From Candidatus Parcubacteria bacterium (GTDB lineage Bacteria; Patescibacteriota; Minisyncoccia; Minisyncoccales; JAGOPM01), in contig JAGOPM010000002.1 in NCBI GenBank assembly GCA_017991975.1, positions 1-40,161 on the forward strand: a stretch of 40,161 nucleotides of DNA, in the 5' to 3' direction. This document shows, in pieces, positions 8,124 through 17,893 of the stretch. Every line of letters starts with the position of its first letter. The first letter of the stretch is position 1. A model generated the notes under the pieces. That model was not told where the DNA came from. It saw only the letters and a program-made list of their open reading frames with translations, and searched no databases. The position numbers and the translations under genes were made by a program.

Positions 8124-10961
8124 ATGGAAGCAAAAAAACAAAGAACTTCCTTTGGCGAGCTTTTAAAAGCAATTTTTATTATTGCTTTTTTTATTGTTTT
8201 GCCGTTACAAACGCATGCATACTGCCACAAAGGAGCAACAATTTATCAAAGTTATAATGAAGCTGTAAAGCAAAGCGTATGGACTATGGGCATAGGCTCA
8301 AGCGACCCTAACTCGATTCAAGGATATAGATCGCTTCAAGATGCCATGGGATATATAGATGACATAGGAATACTTGGATATAAATACAATCAATGTTCTT
8401 CTTACACATCTCCATCATACCCTTCATATCCAAGCCAGCCATCATACCAAACGCCCAGCGTAAACACTATTTCAGCTAATCCGACTTATTCTGATGTGAC
8501 ACTGCAAGGATATGTCTCAAGCCTTGGAGGAGCATCAAGCGCCCAAGTATCTTTTGAAATTTGGCAAAAACAAACTGGTTCTTCTGCTGCTTCTCTTATC
8601 ACTGCCAACAAAACTGTTTATTCTCCTGGATATTTCACTATAACCACTAATTACCCTCAGACCGATGCTACGCTTTTCGGATATAGAGCAAGAATTCAAA
8701 CTAACGCTGGAACAGGATATGGATATGAACAAACTTTTACCAGACCAATTTATGTTCAACCAACCCCTCCGGTGTATCCGACATATCCTCAAAATCCAAC
8801 TATTACTTACCCTCAAGTAATAACCAGTAATGCATCTTATAACAGTTATTCCAATATCGCTGATTTTTCTGGATATCTTTCAAACCTTGGCAATGATAAC
8901 TCAGCCAAAACTGGATTCTGCTTATACGAAAAAAATTATGGATTCTATTGTCAGCAAGAATTAATTTCTGAATATAATAAATATTATGCAGGAAGTTTTA
9001 CTTATTCTAATTTTTCAACAGCATCTCTGAAATCAGGAACTCAATATTGCGTCAGAGCTTTCGCGCAAAATTCATATGCCAAGCAATTCGCTTCGGAATA
9101 TCAGGATAAATGTTTTACGACAAAATCATCTTATACTCCTCCAACCACAGTTTATACTTACCCAGAAACAAGAACAGAAAATATTTATTACAACAGTACT
9201 AATGATGAAATTTCTCTCTATGGATATCTGGCAAGCGCTGGAAATTATGGATACGCTAAAACCGGATTTTGCATTTATGAAAAAAATTATGGATTTTCAT
9301 GCGTCAGCGAATTAACGGCAAATGCCTTTCAATCTTCTTTAGGAAATTTTTCATATCTAAACTATTCTACACAAAATTTGAAAAGAAATACGCAATATTG
9401 CGTAAGAGCATATGGAGAAAATGAATATGGAAAAAAATATTCCTTAGCATATTATGATAAATGTTTTACAACTAGATATGATTATTATCAGCCTCCATAC
9501 AACCCAGGAACTCCATCAACATACCTCCCTCAAGTGAGAACAATGAATGCAATTTATTATCCTAATACTCTTATTGCTAATTTTTCGGGATATGTAGATT
9601 ATATAGGATCATACATGACAGCTAAGGTAGGATTCTGCCTTTATAGATATGAAAGCGGATTTTCCTGTGAACAAGAATTGATTTCTGAATATTCAAGAAG
9701 ATATAATGGATATTTTTATTACAATAATTTCCCAAGAAATGGATTATTATCTGATACTAAATATTGTGTAAGGGCATATGGAGAAAACTCGGCTGGAAGA
9801 TATTATGCTTCGGAATATCAGGATAAATGTTTTACAACAGACCAAGGATCAATACCAAGCCAGAATGAAGCAATCGAAATATCAAAAACAGCCACAGCTG
9901 GGACAGAATGCCAAACAGCAGATATTCAAATAAGAATAAATTGCAAAAGCTCTTATTGCCAAAATGTAGTCGTCTATGATGCATTAGCAGCAAATACAAA
10001 TTATATCAGCAATTCAGCAAGCCCTATTGTTTCCTATTATTGGCCTCATAAAGGACAAGCTTCCAGATTATTAGTCTGGAGTATCGGAAACATGAATAAT
10101 GGGACAAGAACAATTCAATATAAAATAAAATTTGCAGATGGATCGACCAACCAGCTAACAAATGATTATCCGGAATCAAAAGTAACTTATAATTTCTCAG
10201 GAGCACAAGCTACAAAAATTTTTGAAAAAGTTTTTGTAAATCCGATATCTTGCTCTGCTTCTAATCCGGATCCTGAGCAACAAGATCCTGGTCAGAATCC
10301 AGATCCACAACCTCAAAAAAAGAGCTGCCAAGATTATAAAAATATCTTCAAGGATAAATTCCAATATTGCGGAGAAAAAGGATATTATAGCGTTTGCGTC
10401 AATTCTGATCGAGATTTTTATACAGGCTGCAGCTTTTCAGAATTACAATGCACAAGACTAAATTCTAAAAATATAAGCTGCCAAATTCCTGATGATTACA
10501 GACAATATAAAATACAAACCATAGGATTATATTACCAAACACTGTCATCATTCTTAGCAAGAGGATATCTTTTCTCTGGATATGGAAAAGCAGATGTTGG
10601 TTTCATAACCTATGAACAAGGTAAACAAGATCAAGCAAAAGAAATCCAAGCAAACCAAGCGCAAGCAAACGGATATTTTCAAAAAACAATAGCTGCTAAC
10701 GACTTAGGAGATCCGGGAAAAACATATTGCATAAAAGCTTTCTATATGAAAGGAAGCCAAAAAGTTTTAGCCCAAGAAGAAAAATGCTATACACTGGGAG
10801 GCTGTTATAAAGGAATCATAATATATTCAAGGCAAGGCGTTTCAAGCATGCCCTTCTGGGCGAGACTCCCCGAATATTACCAAAAACAAAATTATTCTGA
10901 ATTACAAAGTTTAATAGATGAAAAAATAAATTCCGGAAAAACTTTCAGTCAATGCCAATAA
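8124..10961 (+). CDS. large secreted/anchored repeat protein (Cys-containing Fn3-like modules, DUF11-like domain, P/Q linker, Cys-rich domain)
   Basis: 945 aa with an N-terminal hydrophobic anchor. Three tandem modules of about 102 aa end in YCVRA(Y/F)..N......KCFTT (nt 8817-9122, 9168-9473, 9534-9839). More diverged copies lie near the N- and C-termini. A PDPEQQDPGQNPDPQPQ linker is present. Confidence 0.7.
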   Translation: MEAKKQRTSFGELLKAIFIIAFFIVLPLQTHAYCHKGATIYQSYNEAVKQSVWTMGIGSSDPNSIQGYRSLQDAMGYIDDIGILGYKYNQCSSYTSPSYPSYPSQPSYQTPSVNTISANPTYSDVTLQGYVSSLGGASSAQVSFEIWQKQTGSSAASLITANKTVYSPGYFTITTNYPQTDATLFGYRARIQTNAGTGYGYEQTFTRPIYVQPTPPVYPTYPQNPTITYPQVITSNASYNSYSNIADFSGYLSNLGNDNSAKTGFCLYEKNYGFYCQQELISEYNKYYAGSFTYSNFSTASLKSGTQYCVRAFAQNSYAKQFASEYQDKCFTTKSSYTPPTTVYTYPETRTENIYYNSTNDEISLYGYLASAGNYGYAKTGFCIYEKNYGFSCVSELTANAFQSSLGNFSYLNYSTQNLKRNTQYCVRAYGENEYGKKYSLAYYDKCFTTRYDYYQPPYNPGTPSTYLPQVRTMNAIYYPNTLIANFSGYVDYIGSYMTAKVGFCLYRYESGFSCEQELISEYSRRYNGYFYYNNFPRNGLLSDTKYCVRAYGENSAGRYYASEYQDKCFTTDQGSIPSQNEAIEISKTATAGTECQTADIQIRINCKSSYCQNVVVYDALAANTNYISNSASPIVSYYWPHKGQASRLLVWSIGNMNNGTRTIQYKIKFADGSTNQLTNDYPESKVTYNFSGAQATKIFEKVFVNPISCSASNPDPEQQDPGQNPDPQPQKKSCQDYKNIFKDKFQYCGEKGYYSVCVNSDRDFYTGCSFSELQCTRLNSKNISCQIPDDYRQYKIQTIGLYYQTLSSFLARGYLFSGYGKADVGFITYEQGKQDQAKEIQANQAQANGYFQKTIAANDLGDPGKTYCIKAFYMKGSQKVLAQEEKCYTLGGCYKGIIIYSRQGVSSMPFWARLPEYYQKQNYSELQSLIDEKINSGKTFSQCQ
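8817..9839 (+). repeat. three tandem intragenic repeats of about 306 nt encoding the Cys-containing modules
   Basis: Protein-level repeats GFC.Y...GF.C..EL....Y....F.Y.N......L...T.YCVRA.......Y...Y.DKCFTT. A 29-nt identical stretch gcttcggaatatcaggataaatgttttac occurs at 9090-9118 and 9807-9835. Confidence 0.85.
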
Positions 10962-10966
10962 AAATT

Positions 10967-10990
10967 AAAATCCCTTTTGCAAGGGATTTT
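10967..10990. terminator. bidirectional hairpin terminator
   Basis: AAAATCCCTT-ttgc-AAGGGATTTT between convergent genes. Confidence 0.6.
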
Positions 10991-12152
10991 AATTTTTATT
11001 TTTTATCCTTTTTAAAATCTTATCCTTTTCCAGAATTGGAATCTTTGTTTTTCCAACAATATCCTCAAAAAAATTTATAGTCTGGTCATAAGTCTTTAAA
11101 TCAACAGGAAAAGGAATATCATCTTTTCCTCCATGAGCAAAAGAATAACGCGTAGGATCTTTATAAGAAGGTTTAGCTCCATATATCAATTCAGCCACTA
11201 AGCTCAATGCCCGCAAAGTTTTTGGTCCAACTCCTGGTTTTGATAAAAGCTTTTCGTAATTCTCTGGCTTCTCTTGGCAAAGATAATATAAAATCTTTTC
11301 CAAATATTTGCTCTTGGAAAAATCTTGATTCTCTATGTTGTGACTATAAAAATCAGTACTGTTATCTCCTAATTTTAAAAACGACATTTGTCCATTCTTT
11401 GAAGTTTCAATGCCTAAGGTCATAACTTGAGGAGAGCAATGTCTACGCATTATTCTTATATCTTTCATCAACTCCAAATAACTGCCATTAACAAATTCCG
11501 CGCTTAATTGTCTATTTTTTCCGCTTTCTTGAGCAGTCAAATTCAAAGCTTCATGCATAACCTGGCTACTGATTCCAGAATGAGGTTCGCAAATTAAATC
11601 GCTGATTTTGTCAGAATACCAATGATATCTTCTCGCGCTTTGGCTTTTAATATTCATTCCTTGTTGCACAACAGACCAAGCTCCTTTTTCAGAAAAGAAA
11701 AAAGCGTGATGATAAATCTGATAGTCATCCTGAATCATTGCGCTGTCGACTTTTGCCGACATCTTAGAATTATAAACAAGTTTATTAACAGAATTCTCTG
11801 GCAATGACAATTTACCACCCCAATTCATAATCTCATCTGGAGTTTTCTTTGAAGTTTTTCCTTTACCTCCACAAATAAAAATCCCCAAATCTTTTTCTTG
11901 CCCTCTGATAGCTTCTTTGAGAGACGCTGTAAGAATTGTAGTCAATCCAGAAGCATTCCAATCAAAAGCCAAAACAGTTCCCAAAGATTGAAACCATACT
12001 GGATCTGAGATTCTTTTTATAAATTCCTCCGGACCGTATTGGCTGATGATAGCCTTAGTCATTTCACTTCCCAATTTAGTCATCCGCTCAAAAAGCCATG
12101 GCGGGCATTTGCCATAATCAAGAGTAAATTCTGCCAAGCCTTTTTGAATCAT
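10989..12152 (-). CDS. DUF763 domain protein (archaeal-type, COG1415-like)
   Basis: 387 aa. The N-terminal LDYGKCPPWLFERMTKLG matches my memory of the DUF763 N-terminus. A helix-hairpin-helix-like GVGPKTLRALSLVAELIYG lies near the C-terminus. Confidence 0.6.
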   Translation of the reverse strand: MIQKGLAEFTLDYGKCPPWLFERMTKLGSEMTKAIISQYGPEEFIKRISDPVWFQSLGTVLAFDWNASGLTTILTASLKEAIRGQEKDLGIFICGGKGKTSKKTPDEIMNWGGKLSLPENSVNKLVYNSKMSAKVDSAMIQDDYQIYHHAFFFSEKGAWSVVQQGMNIKSQSARRYHWYSDKISDLICEPHSGISSQVMHEALNLTAQESGKNRQLSAEFVNGSYLELMKDIRIMRRHCSPQVMTLGIETSKNGQMSFLKLGDNSTDFYSHNIENQDFSKSKYLEKILYYLCQEKPENYEKLLSKPGVGPKTLRALSLVAELIYGAKPSYKDPTRYSFAHGGKDDIPFPVDLKTYDQTINFFEDIVGKTKIPILEKDKILKRIKNKN

Positions 12153-12170
12153 GCCTTATGATAGCATAAT

Positions 12171-12773
12171 TCATTTTTCAATCGAAGTTTTAAAAAATTT
12201 ATCTATATTTACGCTCCCATCTCGAATAATCAAAAATCTATTCCTTTTGATTGAAATTATAGTCGATGGAGTATTGTTCAATTCTCCTCCATCAATATAG
12301 AAATCAACTTTTCTTCCAAAATATTTTTCCGCCTCCTTAATATTTTTTGCTGGAAGCTGACCTGAAAGATTAGCGCTAGTGCTTGCTAAAGGCCCTGTTT
12401 TATTCAAAATATTTAATAGCTTTTTTTGTTTTGGCATTCTGAAAGCCAAACTCCCCTTACCTCTGTGCAAATAAAAAAATTTTTTCTTTTTACACGGGAG
12501 TATAACACTCACTTTATTAGGCCAAATCTTTTTTATAATATTCAAAATCTTTCTTTCCAATCTTATATCGAAAAGTTCGAGATCTTTAAAAGAAGAAATC
12601 AATATGATAAAAGGCTTCTTTTCGTCACGTTTTTTTATTTTATATATTTTAGATACAGCTTTTTCATCCAAAGCACTAGCTACTAATCCATAAACAGTAT
12701 CTGTAGGCATAATCCCCACAGCTCTATTCTGTATTAATGAGAATATATTCTTTTCGTCACGTTTTTTTTCCAT
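12171..12773 (-). CDS. tsaC: L-threonylcarbamoyladenylate synthase (TsaC/YwlC/Sua5 family)
   Basis: 200 aa. MPTDTVYGLVASA, KKPFIILI and ASTSANLSG are family motifs. Confidence 0.85.
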   Translation of the reverse strand: MEKKRDEKNIFSLIQNRAVGIMPTDTVYGLVASALDEKAVSKIYKIKKRDEKKPFIILISSFKDLELFDIRLERKILNIIKKIWPNKVSVILPCKKKKFFYLHRGKGSLAFRMPKQKKLLNILNKTGPLASTSANLSGQLPAKNIKEAEKYFGRKVDFYIDGGELNNTPSTIISIKRNRFLIIRDGSVNIDKFFKTSIEK

Positions 12774-12780
12774 AGCAGGA

Positions 12781-13926
12781 TTAAAGCAATCCCTTTTTTA
12801 TTTTTTCCCTGAGATTTTCAACATAGGAATTAAAATAATAAAGATTATGCATAGTCAAAAGCTGGAAAGCAATTAATTCTTTAGCTCGGAATAAATGGCA
12901 TAAATAATTTCTTTTATAAGTCTGACATACAGGACATTTACATTTCTTATCTAAAGGATTTTTATCGCTCAAATATTTGGTCTTTTCTATATCAATTCTC
13001 CCCTGGCTGGTAAAAACAACACCTCTTCTTGCATAATGAGTTGGAACAGTACAATCAAAAGTATCAACGCCATTCTTTATTATCAATTCCATATCTTCAA
13101 TCTTTCCTATTCCTAACAAATGCCTAGGCTTTTTTTCATCTAAATAAGGAATAACCCATTTCAAAACTTGATCAGTACCTGTTTTGCTTTCACCTAAATC
13201 TCCGCCTATGCCATATCCATCAAATGGCAATGATCCAATAAATTTCGCAGATTCTTCCCGCAATTCTTTAAATTTGGATCCTTGGACTATTCCGTAAAGA
13301 GCTTGGTTTGATTTCTTGTATTTCAAACATTGTTTTGCCCATTCATGAGTTGTTTGCATCGATTTTTTAGCATACTCGAAATTAGAAAGAGTCGGAGTGC
13401 ATTCATCAAAAGCAAAAATAATATCCGCTCCAAGCTTTTCCTGAATTTTCATAGATTCTTTAGGGCCTAAAAAAATTTCTCTTCCGTCTAAATAAGATTT
13501 AAACCATACTCCATCTTTGCTTATCTTAATATTTTTAGGTTGTTGTCCTAAAATTATCTCCTTTTTAGCAGAATCAATATCTTCTCTGAAAGTTTTTCCT
13601 ACTCCATAATCCATTCCGAACCCGAGAGAGAAAACTTGAAATCCGCCAGAATCAGTCATAAGCCCTCCTTGCCAATCCATAAATTTATGCAATCCTTGAG
13701 CTTTTTTAACATAATCCTCTCCAGGTCTTATATGAAGATGATAAGTATTACAAATCAGAAGCTGACTTTTTGCTTCTTTGGCTTGTTTAGATGTAAGACC
13801 CTTTACAGCTGCTTGAGTGGCCACTCCTACCAAGCAAGGAGTTTGAATTTCCCCATGAGGAGTTTTTATAATCCCTAATCTGGCCTTGCTTTTTTTAGAC
13901 TTCTTTAAAATCTTAAATTCAATCAT
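12781..13926 (-). CDS. tgt: tRNA-guanine transglycosylase (queuine tRNA-ribosyltransferase)
   Basis: 381 aa. ARLGIIKTPHGEIQTPCLVGVAT, TDSGGFQVFSL, GLGIGE-like GYGIGG, and the zinc site CKCPVC...H. Confidence 0.92.
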   Translation of the reverse strand: MIEFKILKKSKKSKARLGIIKTPHGEIQTPCLVGVATQAAVKGLTSKQAKEAKSQLLICNTYHLHIRPGEDYVKKAQGLHKFMDWQGGLMTDSGGFQVFSLGFGMDYGVGKTFREDIDSAKKEIILGQQPKNIKISKDGVWFKSYLDGREIFLGPKESMKIQEKLGADIIFAFDECTPTLSNFEYAKKSMQTTHEWAKQCLKYKKSNQALYGIVQGSKFKELREESAKFIGSLPFDGYGIGGDLGESKTGTDQVLKWVIPYLDEKKPRHLLGIGKIEDMELIIKNGVDTFDCTVPTHYARRGVVFTSQGRIDIEKTKYLSDKNPLDKKCKCPVCQTYKRNYLCHLFRAKELIAFQLLTMHNLYYFNSYVENLREKIKKGLL

Positions 13927-14419
13927 AGATAAACCTTATACTATCACCTACCTTAATATTGCTTTCTTTGCAAGTTCCAGCATTAAGTTCCAAAACTTTA
14001 TCGGCAGGATATTGAGATTCTATTGTTTCTGGAGGAGGAAGATTTTGAATGCTTATATTTTCATTTATCTGAATTATTTTATCTCCATCGATCCAAACAA
14101 AATCAAGAGGAAAATTCATTCCCTGCATCCAGAATTGCCTGACACTTTTTTTATCATAAAGAAAAATCATTCCAAAATCCTTGGGCAAAGATTCTCTTCC
14201 GGAAAGACCTATTTTCTTTTGGTTTAAAGTCTTTGCCTGCAAAAGATTAAAATGTTTATTTCCTATGTCGGCTTCCAAAATTTCGGGTATGGAGAAATCT
14301 TGAACCATTTGAGTTATAATGGAATTATCTTTAAATGACGCCTTAAAAAAATTTGCCGGATCTTGCCCATGATTATTTGAAAACAACAACGCCAATGAAA
14401 AAAGAATGAATTTCATCAT
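13919..14419 (-). CDS. DUF192 domain protein with signal peptide
   Basis: 166 aa. GMIFLYDKKSVRQFWMQGMNFPLDFVWIDGDKII matches the DUF192 core pattern. Confidence 0.65.
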   Translation of the reverse strand: MMKFILFSLALLFSNNHGQDPANFFKASFKDNSIITQMVQDFSIPEILEADIGNKHFNLLQAKTLNQKKIGLSGRESLPKDFGMIFLYDKKSVRQFWMQGMNFPLDFVWIDGDKIIQINENISIQNLPPPETIESQYPADKVLELNAGTCKESNIKVGDSIRFIYD

Positions 14420-14637
14420 GGGATTTGAATTATTTTATTAGGCTCTTTTGCTCCTTTTATTATCCTTATTTTCGAAATCGGAATTTTAAGATAATCAGAA
14501 ATGAATTCAAGCATTTCACAATTTGCCTGATTCTCTTTTGCTTTTGATTTTACGAATACTAAAAAAGAATCTTCTGATTTTTTCACAATCTCGCGTTTTT
14601 TCGAATTTGGGAAAACTTTTATTTTGATAAGCATCAA
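14416..14637 (-). CDS. DUF167 (YggU-like) protein
   Basis: 73 aa. The LIKIKVFPNSKKREIV beginning is typical of DUF167. 4-nt overlap with the downstream gene. Confidence 0.65.
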   Translation of the reverse strand: MMLIKIKVFPNSKKREIVKKSEDSFLVFVKSKAKENQANCEMLEFISDYLKIPISKIRIIKGAKEPNKIIQIP

Positions 14638-14661
14638 TTGAATTATAGCAATTTTTTGAAT

Positions 14662-14690
14662 TAAAAAAATGGAGCTTTTGCAAGCTCCAT
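14662..14690 (-). terminator. intrinsic terminator
   Basis: Minus strand ATGGAGCTT-gcaa-AAGCTCCAT followed by TTTTTTT. Confidence 0.7.
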
Positions 14691-14698
14691 TATAAACT

Positions 14699-15046
14699 CT
14701 AAATATCCAGTCTCTGACAACAAATGAAAATTTCTATTTCCTTTTTATTGATCACTTTAAAAGAAATATCCAATTTTTTGTTTCTAATATTGTTTGGAAT
14801 GGGAACTCGTTTCTCATGGTGTATATTGACTCCAAGGAATTTGCCTTCTTTCTCTTTTCCCCCGAATTTATTAAAATCCGCGATTATCCTAGTAATAGGA
14901 ATTTTCCCCGAACTATTAAAAATTATTTCGCAATTTTTTACTTCTACTTGGATAGAATTTTCCACAATACCTTCGATTTTCGGAAAAAAAACTCCACTGT
15001 TTTTTCCTATACTTGAAAGATCAACAAACATTTGACTCGTCGCCAT
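14699..15046 (-). CDS. hypothetical protein (monocistronic ORFan)
   Basis: 115 aa with a strong RBS (AAAAAGGAGGATTAATG) and its own terminator. No family recognised. Confidence 0.45.
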   Translation of the reverse strand: MATSQMFVDLSSIGKNSGVFFPKIEGIVENSIQVEVKNCEIIFNSSGKIPITRIIADFNKFGGKEKEGKFLGVNIHHEKRVPIPNNIRNKKLDISFKVINKKEIEIFICCQRLDI

Positions 15047-15237
15047 TAATCCTCCTTTTTTGTTTAAAATCAGATATTTAATGCTTGAGAACCAACCCCC
15101 TTCTTTTAATATTTATTCAAAATTATTTAAATTGAAAATGTTCTATTCCAAACATTATTATTTATAACTTCAAAATTACATTTTGTCAATCATTGTTAAA
15201 TATTGATTTTTTATAGAAAAAATATTATAAAAATATA

Positions 15238-16149
15238 ATGAAAAAAATATCGAAAAACCTTGCTGAGCTGATTAAAAAAAGCCCTGCTGTCAAAAAGCAG
15301 TTTTTTTGCGGTTTAAACCCTGTATGCAATGATTCAAATGATCCATTGCAAGAAGACAGCAAATATCTCAAAACAAAAGGATTAATTCATAAATATCCTA
15401 AAAGAGCCTTAATAATGCTTTCAAAAAAATGCGGAGCTTACTGCTCTTTCTGCTCGCGCAAACGATTCCAAAATGAAATAGAAAATTATTCTACTTCAAG
15501 AGAAGATATATCTAAAATGGCAGAATATATAAGAACTGCTCCCGATATGAATGAAATAATACTCTCTGGCGGCGATCCATTGCTTTCGGACAATCTTGAT
15601 TATGCCATAAAAACGTTTTCAAAAATTCCGCAAATAAAAATAATCAGAATACATACCAGAGCAATACTCTCAGCTCCAGATGCCTTTAATGAAAATTTTT
15701 TTGAATCATTAAAAAAATCACAAAAAACAATCTACATTTCCTTCCATATAAATCATCCTGACGAATTGACTCCGATAGCAAAAAAAATAATAAATGAATG
15801 CAGAGAAAATCATATAATCGTTCTTGCGCAAACTGTTTTTTTGAAAGGAATAAATGATTCTGCGCAAATCTTAGAAAAGCTCTTTTGCAGCTTATCGGAG
15901 CTTGGAGCTATTCCTTATTACATACACAGATGCGATAAAGTCAAAGGATTAGAAAATTTTATAGTCCCAATAGAAAAAGAAATAGAGATTATGACAAAAT
16001 TGCAAGCTAAACTCTCGGGTATAGCTCTGCCTAAACATGTAATAGACACTCCTTTCGGATACGGCAAGATTCCAGTACCGCAAAATTTTTGGGAATTCGA
16101 TAAAAAAGAATTCAAGGACTATAAGGGGAAAAAATATCAAATGTATTAA
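15238..16149 (+). CDS. epmB: KamA-family radical SAM lysine 2,3-aminomutase (EF-P beta-lysylation EpmB-like)
   Basis: 303 aa. CGAYCSFCSRKR is a CxxxCxxC radical-SAM cluster. The SGGDPL and HIN..HP.E pattern is typical of the KamA/YjeK family. epmA and efp are present in the same window. Confidence 0.75.
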   Translation: MKKISKNLAELIKKSPAVKKQFFCGLNPVCNDSNDPLQEDSKYLKTKGLIHKYPKRALIMLSKKCGAYCSFCSRKRFQNEIENYSTSREDISKMAEYIRTAPDMNEIILSGGDPLLSDNLDYAIKTFSKIPQIKIIRIHTRAILSAPDAFNENFFESLKKSQKTIYISFHINHPDELTPIAKKIINECRENHIIVLAQTVFLKGINDSAQILEKLFCSLSELGAIPYYIHRCDKVKGLENFIVPIEKEIEIMTKLQAKLSGIALPKHVIDTPFGYGKIPVPQNFWEFDKKEFKDYKGKKYQMY

Positions 16150-16179
16150 AAAAACCGTTCTTTCTCAGAACGGTTTTTT
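16148..16179. terminator. bidirectional intrinsic terminator
   Basis: AACCGTTCT-ttctc-AGAACGGTT flanked by an A-run and a T-run, shared by convergent epmB and hpf. Confidence 0.7.
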
Positions 16180-16527
16180 AAAATCATCATTATCAATTTC
16201 CGAAACTTTCTTCGTTCTATCTGGATGTTTTCCTTTATATCTCTCTATCAAGCGCTGCATATTATCTTTAACCTGATTTATCGAAGCAAACAAATCTTCT
16301 CCATAAGCTTCAGTTCTCAAAATATCAGCATGGATTCTCAAATTCGCTTCTGTCCTGAATATTTCCCCGCTCTGATGTTTGAAGCTTGGTAATCCAACCT
16401 CAACTCTCATTTCAATAGGCTCAGTTCCCTTTGGTATGAATTTTTCCAATGCTCCAAGTTTTTCTTGGACAGCTCCTTCTATTGAAGGAGTTAAATCAAA
16501 ATTTGTCGCTTTGATAATGATCTTCAT
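16165..16527 (-). CDS. hpf: ribosome hibernation-promoting factor (HPF/RaiA family, short form)
   Basis: 120 aa. MKIIIKATNFDLTPSIEGAVQEKLGALEKF is the canonical N-terminus of the HPF/YfiA family. Confidence 0.85.
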   Translation of the reverse strand: MKIIIKATNFDLTPSIEGAVQEKLGALEKFIPKGTEPIEMRVEVGLPSFKHQSGEIFRTEANLRIHADILRTEAYGEDLFASINQVKDNMQRLIERYKGKHPDRTKKVSEIDNDDFKKPF

Positions 16528-16539
16528 ATTTTTATTTTT

Positions 16540-16749
16540 TTATTTTCCAGAAGATTTTTTGTTCAAGGCTTTTAACAAGCCATCTAAATCAACACCATAC
16601 ATATGAGATATATCCCCCAAAGACAATTTATCCATTTCCTGCTTAGCAAAAGGGCATGTTATGCAAGGCACTCCGAATTGGCTTAATATTTCTCCAAAGC
16701 CTATTACTTCTTCTAATTTTGTATCTTTATTATATTTTTCTTTTTCCAT
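16540..16749 (-). CDS. DUF1858 (hybrid-cluster-protein-associated redox disulfide) domain protein
   Basis: 69 aa. FGVPCITCPFAKQEMDKLSLGDISHMYGVDLDGLLKALN matches the DUF1858 pattern (C..C loop plus HG.DL..LL..LN). Confidence 0.6.
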   Translation of the reverse strand: MEKEKYNKDTKLEEVIGFGEILSQFGVPCITCPFAKQEMDKLSLGDISHMYGVDLDGLLKALNKKSSGK

Positions 16750-16792
16750 ATTTTATTTATTATAACAAAGTATTTTATTGGTTCCAACGCTC

Positions 16793-17893
16793 TTAAAGAC
16801 TCCTGATCCTGCCTCCACCCAAGCATCTGCCTGATTTATAAAAAACGCAATATTGTCCTGGAGTGGGAGCATCTGAAATATTTAAAAAAACTATTTTAAA
16901 CATTCCCGGTTCATCAACTTTTAAAATCTTAGCATCAAATAATTCAGATCTAGCTCTGATTTTGACCTGACATTTCATCGGAAATTTAATATCGACTAAA
17001 AAATTGCAATTATCGAGTAAAATCTCCTTTTTTGATGAGTCTTTGGTGTTGCTGGAAACTATAAGCGAATTGCTTGATTGATCAAAATCAACAACAAAAT
17101 AAGGACCACCTGATAATCCTATTCCCTTACGCTGGCCAATAGTGTAAAAATGAAGTCCTTTATGTCTGCCAAGAATCTTGCCATTTTTATCGATTATATT
17201 CCCAGGATGTATCCCAATCTCTTTTGCCAAAAAGTTAGGAAATGATTTATTTGCGACAAAACAGAAATCTTGACTTTGCTTCTGCTTCTCAAAATAATTA
17301 AAACCCTGAGCTTTGGCGATTTTATAAACTTCTTCTTTTTTAAAATCCGCTAATGGGAAAATAATCCTTTCTAACCACTCTCTCTTAATATTTGATAAAG
17401 AATATGTCTGATCTTTATTTTCATCTTTTGATTGCCATAATCCGTATTCTCCTGTTTTTTGGTCAAATTTTATTTTCGCATAATGACCAGTTGCCACAAA
17501 ATTAGCGCCATAAATTTTAGCTGCCTCGAATAACTTCTGGAATTTTAAAACTCTATTGCAAATAACGCATGGATTAGGAGTGCGATTATTTTTATATTCA
17601 TAAATAAAATAATTTATCACCTCTTCCTTAAAATCTTTTGAAGCATTAACGATAAAATGTTTAACTCCCATTTTTTTGCAAATATCCTTGGCAATTCTAA
17701 AAGACTGTTGGGTGCAACAAACATTTTCTTTGAGGCAATTCTTTTTGCTCTGCCAAACTGGCAGCTTCAGCGATACTCCAATAGGTTCCCAGCCTTGATT
17801 CTTAAGCAACATCAAAGCAACCGAAGAATCCACTCCTCCTGACATTCCGACAATTATTTTTTTATTTCCCTTGGGTTTTGTTGTATTCTGCAT
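16793..17893 (-). CDS. mnmA: tRNA 2-thiouridine(34) synthase
   Basis: 366 aa. PP-loop VGMSGGVDSSVA, the catalytic Cys region NPCVICN, and ATGHYA. Confidence 0.92.
   Translation of the reverse strand: MQNTTKPKGNKKIIVGMSGGVDSSVALMLLKNQGWEPIGVSLKLPVWQSKKNCLKENVCCTQQSFRIAKDICKKMGVKHFIVNASKDFKEEVINYFIYEYKNNRTPNPCVICNRVLKFQKLFEAAKIYGANFVATGHYAKIKFDQKTGEYGLWQSKDENKDQTYSLSNIKREWLERIIFPLADFKKEEVYKIAKAQGFNYFEKQKQSQDFCFVANKSFPNFLAKEIGIHPGNIIDKNGKILGRHKGLHFYTIGQRKGIGLSGGPYFVVDFDQSSNSLIVSSNTKDSSKKEILLDNCNFLVDIKFPMKCQVKIRARSELFDAKILKVDEPGMFKIVFLNISDAPTPGQYCVFYKSGRCLGGGRIRSL

Noticed and set aside
8124-10961. Diversity-generating retroelement target (variable repeat in the large repeat protein)
   Set aside because: There is no reverse transcriptase gene and no template/variable repeat pair with adenine-specific mismatches in the window. 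The repeats are ordinary domain duplications.
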